Virus record (IMG/VR): IMGVR_UViG_3300028601_000030
Location: 1 to 64,000 of that record
DNA: 64,000 nucleotides
Direction: 5' to 3' (one strand)
Source of the DNA: a virus
Lineage: Duplodnaviria; Caudoviricetes
Part shown: piece by piece, positions 55,150-64,000 of the stretch
Numbering within the stretch: the first letter of the stretch is position 1
Layout: each line of letters begins with the position of its first letter
Notes under the pieces: model-generated
The model's database searches: none
Told to the model about the DNA's origin: nothing
What the model saw: only the letters and a program-made list of their open reading frames with translations
Translations under genes and position numbers: made by a program

Positions 55150-56061
55150 CTAGTCGAAGGATATAATCCCCAATGGCTGCGCGTCCCAAGCGGCATTACC
55201 GCCGGATACCTCAGCGTCAGCACGTTTCGCTTCGAATGTCAGCGGAACGGCCGCAGCATCTTCTGCCTGAAGATCAATCTCAGTGGTTGCAACAGCGTTT
55301 GCACGGGGGAAGATGATGTACATGTGGTTTACACCATTGGGATATGTGTAAACTGCTTCCATACGCACGAACTTCGGTGCCGCGATACTACCGAGACCAA
55401 TAGATCCAGTATGATTGTCTGCAAAGTTACTGGACAGATTCACTACGGAGAAACGCACAATGTCGCCTGCTGCATGAGTTCCTGTAACAAAGCTGGCTGC
55501 GAGAGTCAGAGCATCGTTGATGCCATCGAAGCTGAAACCTTCTGTAGTACTAATACCAACTGCCGCATCATTCTTCATAGTGCCAAGAGAATCATGACGT
55601 ACATCGTATGCAGTATCAGAGGTAAACTCTACAGTGTACGTACCAGCTTCAATGTAATCCTGGCTTGCAACAGTGATTTTTGTCTGGTCTACAACAAGAT
55701 CGCCATTTACACTGACTACAACGTGGGCACCAGATACAGACATTGTTCCTGCACCTTCACTCGGGTCAAGACCACGAGCAATTGCCAGGTTCTTCGGCGA
55801 AAGCTCTTTGAAAGCACATTCAAGACTCGCTGTTTCACGAAGAGGTACGGTCATGTCTTCCAACAGCGGGAAACCAGACTCAAGTTTCCAGTAAGACACT
55901 TCACCAGTGTACTTGGTGTTTGCGAGAGCCCCAATTGACTGATCTGCGGTAAGGACTGAACCTACCTGAGAAATGTTTGTTGCTGAATTACCGACACGAA
56001 TCTGAGCCAGCCCCAGGGCGACTGTGCTGGTATCCTTAGTTACTGGACCTGTTCTTCCCAT
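55150..56061 (-). CDS. Major tail tube protein
   Basis: Position; acidic beta-rich 303 aa; IIFPRAN...EIDL...A.VPLTFEA. Confidence 0.8.
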   Translation of the reverse strand: MGRTGPVTKDTSTVALGLAQIRVGNSATNISQVGSVLTADQSIGALANTKYTGEVSYWKLESGFPLLEDMTVPLRETASLECAFKELSPKNLAIARGLDPSEGAGTMSVSGAHVVVSVNGDLVVDQTKITVASQDYIEAGTYTVEFTSDTAYDVRHDSLGTMKNDAAVGISTTEGFSFDGINDALTLAASFVTGTHAAGDIVRFSVVNLSSNFADNHTGSIGLGSIAAPKFVRMEAVYTYPNGVNHMYIIFPRANAVATTEIDLQAEDAAAVPLTFEAKRADAEVSGGNAAWDAQPLGIISFD

Positions 56062-56064
56062 AAT

Positions 56065-56283
56065 TTACTCCTTTTTCTTGGTTAAGTCTAACACGGTTAC
56101 GTGGTCACAACTTCTTCGGAGACATTTCAGATAAATCTTACCTCCCCCGACTACTTCCATATCAACTATCGGCTGTTCTTTGTGAGAGCGTCCAAAACGA
56201 AAAACGTAATTATCACCACTCTTTTTGTATATCAGCTTCTTGCCACATTGTTCACAATGAATAAACACTATTTTGCTCCCCAA
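56065..56283 (-). CDS. Com-like zinc-ribbon protein
   Basis: CEQCGKKL...LKCLRRSCDHV. Confidence 0.6.
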   Translation of the reverse strand: MGSKIVFIHCEQCGKKLIYKKSGDNYVFRFGRSHKEQPIVDMEVVGGGKIYLKCLRRSCDHVTVLDLTKKKE

Positions 56284-56732
56284 TTCAAGAGAAAAGGAAG
56301 AATTTTGAGATTTATTCCTTCCGTGTACAAAGCAAAATTCATATCATCCAGTACCTGAACCACAGCTACAAACTGCTGCGTCCAAGATGAATCATAACAA
56401 GCTACACGCTTTTTACAGTCTGTGTGGGAAAAATCTACCAGTTTTTCGTAAACAATGTCCCTAAATTCAGCAAGTTTATATCCGTCAGTATCCCCAGAAG
56501 AAAACAGGTAGATATGAAAATACTTAGTGCTGAGTGTTCCCCGTACAGAATTTCTGGGAACTACACACATCCAACGGTCGATCTTGTTCCCTTCTGCATC
56601 TGTAGGCTGCTTATCAATAAATTCAAAATAAAGAGGAATACCCCCAACCGTTTTGAACTCGTCAATAAAGAACTTCCGCACAGAGCGCAGAATCGTAGCA
56701 TCGCTTAGGGTTGGATCAAGCATCAGGATCAC
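56268..56732 (-). CDS. Putative tail terminator / completion protein
   Basis: Position upstream of the major tail gene; size. Confidence 0.55.
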   Translation of the reverse strand: MILMLDPTLSDATILRSVRKFFIDEFKTVGGIPLYFEFIDKQPTDAEGNKIDRWMCVVPRNSVRGTLSTKYFHIYLFSSGDTDGYKLAEFRDIVYEKLVDFSHTDCKKRVACYDSSWTQQFVAVVQVLDDMNFALYTEGINLKILPFLLNWGAK

Positions 56733-56931
56733 TCAGCTCCTTTTCCAAATCTACCAGCAATTTATGGAACTTCTGAAAAGTCTCCAAAATCTTTGCGTCT
56801 TCCGGTTTATTTGCATCCAGGTCTAACTCGGTCACATTCAGACCACCGATCAAATTACGAACCTCACTGTACGGAAGCTCAAACAGTATGTGGATGTCTT
56901 TTGGCACAACTTGTACTATTCTCATAATCAA
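56716..56931 (-). CDS. Hypothetical protein
   Basis: Overlapping stop/start in operon. Confidence 0.6.
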   Translation of the reverse strand: MIMRIVQVVPKDIHILFELPYSEVRNLIGGLNVTELDLDANKPEDAKILETFQKFHKLLVDLEKELSDPDA

Positions 56932-57752
56932 ATCTTATCATTAAATTCTCGGACGTATTCCTGGATAGTAGCTTCATCCAGCCCAGCGGCGCGTAAACCA
57001 TCAATAAAATTCTTCTTGTCTTCTGTGGCAAAGGATGATTCACTTTCGCGCACACTAAACCCACCGGCAGTAGCTTGGGACATTTCCCCAAGAGATACGG
57101 AAGCGGAAGCAATCCTCCCTGCACCAGAACGCGCTTCTCTGGTAGCTTCACTCAAGTTATCTTCCACTTCATCTGCTACCCGATACATAAAATATTTTGC
57201 TGCGGATGGTGCAAACTGAGAAGCAAAATCTGCCATCGCCGTTAAAATTAGAGGTCTAGGTTTGTCACTATGCCAACCAAATTCAAGAGCGGCTGTATAC
57301 CCCGCTACAGAAACCTGCTCACCTGTAGTATAAAAACCGTTACTGCCCATGACCACTTTTGCAGTTTTCTTGCCTTGATCAATGCCTACAATGCTACCGC
57401 GTTGACTTCCGTATCTGCGATTGAGCACTTTAATAGATTCCATCAAAGTGCCTGTTAATATATGATCTCCGTATTCTGCTCCAGCGGCAGCCTTTGCTTT
57501 AGCATAATATTTTGAATATGTGCGAGTTTGGTATCCTGGAAGATTTTCTCCTCCCTTTTCAATTGATTTTCGCACGTGCGCCGCAGCTACAGCAGCCATA
57601 TTTTTAGAAAGCCAACCACCACCATCATCAGATAAATAAGCTACTTTTCTACCATATTTTTCAAGCGTCCGAGCGGTGACTTCAAGTTGAGGGAGCAAAT
57701 GCTCATCCCAACCCATAGCAAATAATCCTCTTGGAGTTCCTTTACCTGCCAT
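56928..57752 (-). CDS. Neck / tail completion protein (HK97 gp10-like position)
   Basis: TGTLMESI...ALEFG...PRPLI motif. Confidence 0.6.
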   Translation of the reverse strand: MAGKGTPRGLFAMGWDEHLLPQLEVTARTLEKYGRKVAYLSDDGGGWLSKNMAAVAAAHVRKSIEKGGENLPGYQTRTYSKYYAKAKAAAGAEYGDHILTGTLMESIKVLNRRYGSQRGSIVGIDQGKKTAKVVMGSNGFYTTGEQVSVAGYTAALEFGWHSDKPRPLILTAMADFASQFAPSAAKYFMYRVADEVEDNLSEATREARSGAGRIASASVSLGEMSQATAGGFSVRESESSFATEDKKNFIDGLRAAGLDEATIQEYVREFNDKI

Positions 57753-58366
57753 TACCGATCATCCTTATCCGCCATACAAACTAAAACATTGTCCAATTCG
57801 TAAGCATTGACTTGGAGAATCTTAAAATTACATCCATCAGAACATTGCCAACGATCACCTATTTTCGCTTTATAGATTGCTGGAATGTACAAAATCATGG
57901 TTCCTTGGGTATTTGACATGACACCTTCCATCATGGTATCGTCTTGAACCAAAGCTTTCTCAACAAAACATGCGCGTATATTTTCGGCTATAGGTTTCCA
58001 GGGAGATAAACGCTCGTAATTTTCGTCATATTGGGGATTATCAGAATACTCCAAAACACTACCGACAACATTGCATCGGTAGAACAGCGCAATATTCTCT
58101 ACAACGGCATTTTCAAAGGTTTCTGGTACAAGGTTTGTTACGAGGAAATATGTACCACTAAAACTAACAATGTCTCCCATTTGGACAGGGGAATCAGCGG
58201 CTATTGAACCTCTACGGGCAAACATTCGTATGAAAAGAGTAGATTGGTCTGGATATGAAGTAGGATCTATGAACAGACCGGTAGTTGCTGAACCGTCTGG
58301 ATGATGAAGGGTCATTGCTGTTCCGACTTCTTCAAGAACTTCCTTTATGTCGTTGGCAATGGTCAT
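57752..58366 (-). CDS. Head closure-like protein
   Basis: Two beta-barrel-like halves (GDIVSF, GDRW); position. Confidence 0.55.
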   Translation of the reverse strand: MTIANDIKEVLEEVGTAMTLHHPDGSATTGLFIDPTSYPDQSTLFIRMFARRGSIAADSPVQMGDIVSFSGTYFLVTNLVPETFENAVVENIALFYRCNVVGSVLEYSDNPQYDENYERLSPWKPIAENIRACFVEKALVQDDTMMEGVMSNTQGTMILYIPAIYKAKIGDRWQCSDGCNFKILQVNAYELDNVLVCMADKDDR

Positions 58367-58375
58367 AATTCATCC

Positions 58376-58816
58376 TTATCTGCGCGGAACGTCAACCCGA
58401 ATACCTACCGGGTCATATACAAAACTGTTTGTTATGTAGGTCATAAACCCTTCTTTGTCCATATCGCTCAGAACGCTATCCAAGAACAAAGACGGGTTAT
58501 CTTCTACAAACGCTTGGAACTTTGAATCTGCCTGCTCAATCATTGCGGACAGATGCTTGAAACGATGCTCAAGATGAATCTGTTTGTACTGAAATTTAAG
58601 TGCCGCAACGTTCATCAGCACATAAAGTATGTGGCGACGGCAACGCTCAATCGCCCAATACTGCTTGGTGTTATCTGTTATAGGGAAAGACCATCCCACC
58701 TCTGTCAAAGCTTGTTGTGCCGCAGACTCTAATGCAGGAACTTCGAGACTATCGGCTGTTCCAGACATCAAAGACTGTGTTTGACTAATTAAATCGTCCA
58801 GAGATGAGATGGCCAT
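58376..58816 (-). CDS. Head-tail adaptor-like protein
   Basis: Helical 146 aa after capsid genes. Confidence 0.55.
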   Translation of the reverse strand: MAISSLDDLISQTQSLMSGTADSLEVPALESAAQQALTEVGWSFPITDNTKQYWAIERCRRHILYVLMNVAALKFQYKQIHLEHRFKHLSAMIEQADSKFQAFVEDNPSLFLDSVLSDMDKEGFMTYITNSFVYDPVGIRVDVPRR

Positions 58817-58822
58817 ATCTTA

Positions 58823-59128
58823 TTACCCTTTTTTCTGAGTGGTTCGCGCAGGGCGCTTCAACTCTTTCTTTTCGGCTCCAGCTTCTTCTTTCTCTTTGGC
58901 TTCAGCTTTTTCTTTGGCTTCCGCTTTTTCTAGCTCCTGCGGGTCAATGGTCTTTTCTTCAGGAACAACCTCCTTCTGGATCAGGAGAATAGAACTGTTC
59001 TTTTTGACCATTTTCTGAATCTCTTCAGGAAAGCTTTCAACGGGGCCACGAAAAACGTGGCCCCTTGAAAGAATGTCACCATTTCCCATTTTCAGGGTTC
59101 CCTTAAGTGTAACCTTAATGGATTGCAT
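58823..59128 (-). CDS. Small protein with a charged EKAEAK tail
   Basis: AGGAGG RBS; position immediately after the capsid gene. Confidence 0.65.
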   Translation of the reverse strand: MQSIKVTLKGTLKMGNGDILSRGHVFRGPVESFPEEIQKMVKKNSSILLIQKEVVPEEKTIDPQELEKAEAKEKAEAKEKEEAGAEKKELKRPARTTQKKG

Positions 59129-59139
59129 GTGACCTCCTA

Positions 59140-60366
59140 TTAGCGTACTTTGAGACGGTAGATGGTGTCAGGATAGTACAGTACCGGCAGACCTTTGTCC
59201 TGTACACGAGTCCAAGTACCATCAGGATCCCACTCGTCTTTCTTATCAACATTCATACCCCACTGACGCTCAAGGCCGTAAGGTGCCTGCATGAACTCCG
59301 CAATCTTCATGCCATCGGCAGAAGTGTCAGAGAAAATCAAGAAGGTGTCATCGTCAATGAACTTCTTACGCATGATAACCTTGTCCTCACCTGCAATGTA
59401 ACTGTTGGTAGGAGCAGATGCTACAGTGATTGTATTGGTGCTTACATTCACTGCGGTGATTTTACGATCTTCCCAAGAGGAAGCTTCGCTCATGTCGATA
59501 AGGCGCAGAGTACCACCAACTTCAAAGTCAGCAGCATTGTCAACAACGATGTCAGTGGAAGAACCACCAGTTACGTTGCTGAGAAGCCAACCGGTAACTT
59601 CGAAAGTCTCATCGTACACCTGGATATTGCCAACGCCCAGCAGGGAGCCGATAACCTGTGACGGATTAGCAAACAGATCGCCATTGCCGAATGCAGACTT
59701 CTGAAGCAGAGCCTGGATGTCTTTGTCCAGAACCAGAAGCTTCAGCAGGTTGCTGTTGAGCATTGCGTACTTGGGAGTAACGCCTGCATCATCCTGGAGA
59801 GTAGTCTTCGCATCGAAAATATCCTCAACGGGATTCTTTTTTGTACCAGTATCCCACTGACGATCAGTACCGAGCGTTACCAGGTGACTTTCAGGAATGC
59901 CGTAGCTTACAGAAAGACGAGTACCGCCTTTTGCAAGGTAGCTAAATCCGCCCTGGGTTACCATCTGTGACATCATCCACTCACGGCGCCGGTCACAACG
60001 ATTGCGAAGTTTCTGCATACCACGAGCAAGTTGGCGCTCGGCAGTCAGATACTTAGCAGTAGTTCCTGGCTCACGGAGGTTGTTGAGGAATTCTTCGTCA
60101 AAGTACATCTTCTCTTTGAAGTATGCGGCTTTGGCACTTGCTTCACCAACACCATCGAGTCCGATTGCCGGAGCAGGGGCACCGGGAGCTACAAACGGAG
60201 TCATTCCCGCGCTGCCGTACTCAATTTCCCAGCGAATGTTGTCAGAATCGTAGTTCTGGCTGGGGAACATGTTCGAAAAGAACATGGTCGGCGCAGTGGG
60301 GAACTTACGAATCAATTTATTCAGCACCGTCAGTTTCAGTGCCGGAATACCTTCAGAACCTTTCAT
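59140..60366 (-). CDS. Major capsid protein (lambda gpE-like family) with an inserted beta domain
   Basis: FVAPGAP...YFKEK...RRREWM..Q...YGIP...W...NPVEDI...GLPVLY; insert VTGGSSTDIVVDNAADFEVG...ITAVN...ITV. Confidence 0.88.
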   Translation of the reverse strand: MKGSEGIPALKLTVLNKLIRKFPTAPTMFFSNMFPSQNYDSDNIRWEIEYGSAGMTPFVAPGAPAPAIGLDGVGEASAKAAYFKEKMYFDEEFLNNLREPGTTAKYLTAERQLARGMQKLRNRCDRRREWMMSQMVTQGGFSYLAKGGTRLSVSYGIPESHLVTLGTDRQWDTGTKKNPVEDIFDAKTTLQDDAGVTPKYAMLNSNLLKLLVLDKDIQALLQKSAFGNGDLFANPSQVIGSLLGVGNIQVYDETFEVTGWLLSNVTGGSSTDIVVDNAADFEVGGTLRLIDMSEASSWEDRKITAVNVSTNTITVASAPTNSYIAGEDKVIMRKKFIDDDTFLIFSDTSADGMKIAEFMQAPYGLERQWGMNVDKKDEWDPDGTWTRVQDKGLPVLYYPDTIYRLKVR

Positions 60367-60397
60367 AATTCAATCTCCTTCTTTAGGTGGTTAGCAC

Positions 60398-61063
60398 TTA
60401 CTTGATGATGGTGTGAACACCGTCCTGGATAGCTCCAAGATCAGTAAGCGATTTCGCGGACATTCCAGTGAGGAATGCGGTATACAGAATACAATTGCCG
60501 AATACAACAGAAACGGGAACTGCATTATCAGTGCCAGCAGTGCCTGTGTTGATATCCTTGTCCAATACGCAAGAAGCCGCATAGAAAGGCGAAGCCGCAG
60601 CGGTCTTGTGGCTCAGAGCCGAACGGCTTGCAACCGTCATTAACGCACCAGAAACAGCATTGGTCACAGTAATAACAACCTGACCATTTGCCGGAGCAGC
60701 AATTTTCGTGATTGCGCCAAGATCCTGATATACAGGAGTGAGGTTGTTCAGGACAACTTCATCACCAACGCGAAATTTTGCGGCGTCAGCTTCCGACACA
60801 GTTACAGTAGTATCAGTGTCCCCTGCGTCAACAACAAGGCGGGAACGTGCCGCGTCAATGGCGTCAACAGACCCAGAATCTACGGGAACCGGTACAACCA
60901 GTTCATCTGCAACAGTTGTTGCCATTACCCGGCCGCGTTTCAGGTAGCCGAATCCGGCGTGGGCAGACTTGTCCTTAATCAGGGCAATTTCTGCACGAGA
61001 GTGAAAAAGCGGCGGGAGACCCGGGGTATATCCGGTGCGCTCGATGCCAGGTGCTTCATTCAT
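60398..61063 (-). CDS. Head decoration protein
   Basis: Between protease and capsid; LKRGRVM...CVL...FGN pattern with inserted TVTVSEADAAKFRVGD domain. Confidence 0.7.
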   Translation of the reverse strand: MNEAPGIERTGYTPGLPPLFHSRAEIALIKDKSAHAGFGYLKRGRVMATTVADELVVPVPVDSGSVDAIDAARSRLVVDAGDTDTTVTVSEADAAKFRVGDEVVLNNLTPVYQDLGAITKIAAPANGQVVITVTNAVSGALMTVASRSALSHKTAAASPFYAASCVLDKDINTGTAGTDNAVPVSVVFGNCILYTAFLTGMSAKSLTDLGAIQDGVHTIIK

Positions 61064-61090
61064 GATGTTACCTCCTTATCAGTTAAAAAT

Positions 61091-61645
61091 TTACTCGGAA
61101 TCTACGTCGCCGCACATACGAGCAAGTATAGCGTCTTCGTCTGAAGAAGCAGAACCAGTTTTTCCTTCAGGAGTCTTTGAATTTGCACCAACCCCCTGCA
61201 CAAGTGAGCCTGATTCAGCAAGTGTTTCTTCCCAATCCTTAACTTCAGCATCAACTTTCGCTGAATACGCATCGGAATCGAACTTGCCCTCGGCAGAAAT
61301 ATAATCTTCTTTGCGTACCTGGGCAGACACCTTACCATGCAAGCGTTCTGGTATTGAACTGTCGGAAAGAGCTTTCGTCAAGATGCTTTCAGCAGAAGCT
61401 TTAATTGCCTTCTCCTCAAAAGCAGTCACCTTGCGGTCAAGCTCTGCATTTTTCGCAGTCAACTCCCCAATCTGTGCTTCCAGCTCTTTGTTTTCCTTTT
61501 CTTTGGCGGCAATTTCGCCGTCTTTTGCTTCAATAGCTTTTTTGCTTTCGCCTGAAGCTTCAACTTTTCCCTGATTAACAAGTTCAGTAACCAGGTCGGG
61601 ACGACCAGCAACAAGCTGGTCTTTCGTCAACGCTTTGAAATCCAT
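61091..61645 (-). CDS. Internal in-frame scaffold protein (Nu3-like), 184 aa
   Basis: GGAGG RBS 7 nt before ATG of MDFKALTKDQL... Confidence 0.7.
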   Translation of the reverse strand: MDFKALTKDQLVAGRPDLVTELVNQGKVEASGESKKAIEAKDGEIAAKEKENKELEAQIGELTAKNAELDRKVTAFEEKAIKASAESILTKALSDSSIPERLHGKVSAQVRKEDYISAEGKFDSDAYSAKVDAEVKDWEETLAESGSLVQGVGANSKTPEGKTGSASSDEDAILARMCGDVDSE

Positions 61646-62485
61646 AATGCTTCCTCCGTCTTGGGTTTGGTTTGTTCCGACCAATTCCTGTAAAAGTTCT
61701 TCGTAAGAACCAAGTCTATCTGCCATTCCAGCTTCAACAGCTTCCTTTCCAATCAAGACACCGCCTTGACCAAAATCCTTCTCTACTGTTTTTACACTGA
61801 CCTGACGATTTGTTGCTACACTTTCTATAAAAACTGTTGCCAATTTATCCAATGTAGAAATAAGATCCGCTTTCCCTTCTTTCGTTTCTACGTCCATCCT
61901 TTTCTTAGGACTTGCAGTATTGGTAAATTCCAACGGAGCGTCTTCGTCTTTCTTCGAAATACCGGCTACTACACCAATGCTCCCAAGAGCCGCTGTAGCG
62001 TCAATCACAATTTCATCCGCAGCAGAAACAATCCAATACGCCGCTGATGCTGCCTGGTTCCCGACGTATGCAACCGTCTTAGTTTTGGAGTTCTTTACCA
62101 CATTCGCCATTTCATGAATACCAGAAGCCACCCCTCCTGGAGAATTGGCGTTTATCAGAATTGTGTTTATAGACGGATCTTCGTCTGCGGCTTGAAAATC
62201 TACGGCAAATTTTGAAAGAGCAGTTGCCCCAGACATTTCGGTCATGAGGTTGGCTTTAGGGAAAATCGGACCTTCGAGAGGAACAATCGCTACATCTTCG
62301 CGAACTGTAGCAGTCATCCCATCCTCGTATTTAGCTTCGAGTTTGGTTTTGAGTGCTTCAACATCACCTTCGTATGAGGCGATGGCGATCATTTGTCGGA
62401 GTCCTTCTTCAGTACACAACCAAGGTTGAGTGCAAAGGGCTTCCATTATCCGTGGATGAGAATTGAACTTTTTATTCATTGGCAT
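61091..62485 (-). CDS. S49 (SppA-like, lambda gpC-type) prohead protease with C-terminal scaffold
   Basis: INANSPGG, AASAAYWI, GSIGVV motifs; coiled-coil C-terminus. Confidence 0.92.
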   Translation of the reverse strand: MPMNKKFNSHPRIMEALCTQPWLCTEEGLRQMIAIASYEGDVEALKTKLEAKYEDGMTATVREDVAIVPLEGPIFPKANLMTEMSGATALSKFAVDFQAADEDPSINTILINANSPGGVASGIHEMANVVKNSKTKTVAYVGNQAASAAYWIVSAADEIVIDATAALGSIGVVAGISKKDEDAPLEFTNTASPKKRMDVETKEGKADLISTLDKLATVFIESVATNRQVSVKTVEKDFGQGGVLIGKEAVEAGMADRLGSYEELLQELVGTNQTQDGGSIMDFKALTKDQLVAGRPDLVTELVNQGKVEASGESKKAIEAKDGEIAAKEKENKELEAQIGELTAKNAELDRKVTAFEEKAIKASAESILTKALSDSSIPERLHGKVSAQVRKEDYISAEGKFDSDAYSAKVDAEVKDWEETLAESGSLVQGVGANSKTPEGKTGSASSDEDAILARMCGDVDSE

Positions 62486-62584
62486 CTCCTTACATATACC
62501 TAATAACAGAAAAAAGTTTAGGTGTAAAGTTTATTTTTCCATTCTTCTATCAAGCGTAGGCTTTTTCTTTGTGGATTGTTTGTC

Positions 62585-64000
62585 TTAAGGAGAAGCATCT
62601 TCATTTCCATCCACAGATTGATTTGAAGGATTTGGTACATTTTGTGGTTCTTGGGAACCGGCTGATTCTTCCGCGGCATCAATTTGTATCTGCAAGGGAG
62701 TTGGTGGATAAGTATCTTCCTCAGTTGAGAACATAAGGCGTTTCTTGGCATAAGAACCAAAACCAAGTTTCGTCGCAATATCCTCTTTAGGAATACCAAG
62801 ACTTTCAGAAACAGACCCATGTTTAACCCCCAGCAATGCCCTTGCTTTCGATTCGATGTCTGAAATTTCTGATACTGGGAACTCAAAATCAACCAATTTA
62901 TAATGCGGCATAGGCACTGTTTTAAAAACTGGCTCTTTATCTTTGAACGAAACAGCCTTGTGTACATTGTATTTTGGCTTCAATCGGCCTACTTTTTCTG
63001 CCAAAGTGAACATTCCACGGCAAAATTCATAGCGCAAGAAGCGGGAAAAATAAGCTTTTTGGTCTTGTATCCTGTCAGATTGAGGTCCACGATTTGTGGT
63101 AATTCCTGCCTTTGTGCCTCCCATTGTAGTTCCGTTTACCATATCTTCTGTTCTATTCAGTCCTGCAGTTACCATGTGCATAATATCTGTGTCTTGATTA
63201 GATATAGAACTTAGATTTGGATTGCGGCACTCTAAATCAATGCCTGGGGGAAGAACAATTGTTCCACCGGGAGTTTTCTTTGAAAACAGACCTGTTTCCG
63301 CTTTTTCTTCTTTGGTGAGTTTCAACCAGGTACGATATGCTTTGGAATCATTGATTTTTGCTACCCACAAGTAAGAACCGCTTGATTTCTTGTGGTCAAT
63401 CTCCCATCTCTTCAAGTCTTCGTAGTGATTGAGCCATACAAGTGTTGTTTTTACATGGGATACATTACGAGTAGTCAAAAACCCTCTGTCCCATGCAATC
63501 ACGAATGTACACAACCCTTTGAGCGGAGCATACTTACGGGAAGTTGATTTATTGTAAAATCCCTTCTTACTCTGCTTCTTCAGCATCTTTTCTGCTTCAG
63601 GAATCATTTCTGGGAAGTACGCCAGATTGATTGAAGGTAGATACATTTCAGCGCCTTCTGTCGGCTCAAAGCGATAGAACAGTGGGAAAGCTGATTTATT
63701 GGGATGGAAGAAAATACCAGAGTTATCTTTGCTTCCACCAGTAATAAGTGACGGATCAATAAAATCAATCTCCACAAAACCGTCTGGATGTACAGTCAAA
63801 GACAAGAACAGTTCGCCTTCAATCTCAGAACGAGCTACAAATTGCCCCATACGCACATAAAGAGCGTTTCTTGGATCGTCCCAAATCTCATCGAAATACT
63901 CACTGATGTCGTGTATCGGGGATTCAACAGCAAATCCATTGCCTGTCAAATTACCCATAAAATCGCGGACATGTGAGTTTATTTGCGGATTAGAAACGAA
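62585..64000 (-). CDS. Portal protein, 5' end outside the window
   Basis: Frame is open to the window edge (FVSNPQINSHVRDF-MGNLTGNGF); EIEGELF, VLPPG motifs; position upstream of the protease. Confidence 0.85.
   Translation of the reverse strand, partial: FVSNPQINSHVRDFMGNLTGNGFAVESPIHDISEYFDEIWDDPRNALYVRMGQFVARSEIEGELFLSLTVHPDGFVEIDFIDPSLITGGSKDNSGIFFHPNKSAFPLFYRFEPTEGAEMYLPSINLAYFPEMIPEAEKMLKKQSKKGFYNKSTSRKYAPLKGLCTFVIAWDRGFLTTRNVSHVKTTLVWLNHYEDLKRWEIDHKKSSGSYLWVAKINDSKAYRTWLKLTKEEKAETGLFSKKTPGGTIVLPPGIDLECRNPNLSSISNQDTDIMHMVTAGLNRTEDMVNGTTMGGTKAGITTNRGPQSDRIQDQKAYFSRFLRYEFCRGMFTLAEKVGRLKPKYNVHKAVSFKDKEPVFKTVPMPHYKLVDFEFPVSEISDIESKARALLGVKHGSVSESLGIPKEDIATKLGFGSYAKKRLMFSTEEDTYPPTPLQIQIDAAEESAGSQEPQNVPNPSNQSVDGNEDASP

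Noticed and set aside
62518-62587. Stop-codon read-through at the end of the portal gene (ASP*DKQSTKKKPTLDRRMEK)
   Set aside because: A single TAA followed by a short open stretch is expected by chance; no other sign of recoding, and TAA ends most genes here.
524-63976. Many short opposite-strand or nested ORFs in the six-frame track
   Set aside because: They overlap well-supported genes on the dominant strand, lack RBS and motifs, and are treated as shadow ORFs.
1-64000. tRNA, rRNA, integrase or anti-CRISPR genes
   Set aside because: No cloverleaf, rRNA-like or recombinase motifs recognised by eye; tRNAscan-SE and HMM searches would be needed to exclude them fully.

Overview
This 64 kb window is a fragment of a large tailed dsDNA phage, probably a siphovirus: it has a 1875-aa tape measure protein and no sheath gene. 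It has two convergent halves. The + strand (1-32.9 kb) carries DNA replication, recombination and nucleotide metabolism genes: primase, a wHTH initiator-like protein, DnaB-like helicase, sliding clamp, UDG-domain family A polymerase, clamp loader, UvsY-like protein, SSB, RecA, ThyX, 5'-3' exonuclease, RuvC-like resolvase, ligase and a split SbcCD. It also holds a 7-deazaguanine DNA-modification cluster (queD, queE, folE, queC, dpdA-like). That cluster has unexplained extras: a second radical SAM/SPASM enzyme, a HAD domain fused to QueC, and an intein in the FolE zinc site. There are three inteins (FolE, PolA, RecA). The first 1 kb contains attC-like palindromes between small ORFs. The - strand (33.1-64 kb) carries morphogenesis and lysis genes: portal (truncated), S49 protease/scaffold, decoration protein, major capsid, neck, major tail, chaperones with a -1 frameshift, tape measure, tail tip, lectin-like fibres and an M15 endolysin cassette. 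Within the tail region is a triplicated cassette, each unit a long gene plus a short gene, containing 15 near-identical 123-bp beta-propeller blade repeats with variable loops. All calls come from reading motifs by eye; no database searches were run.
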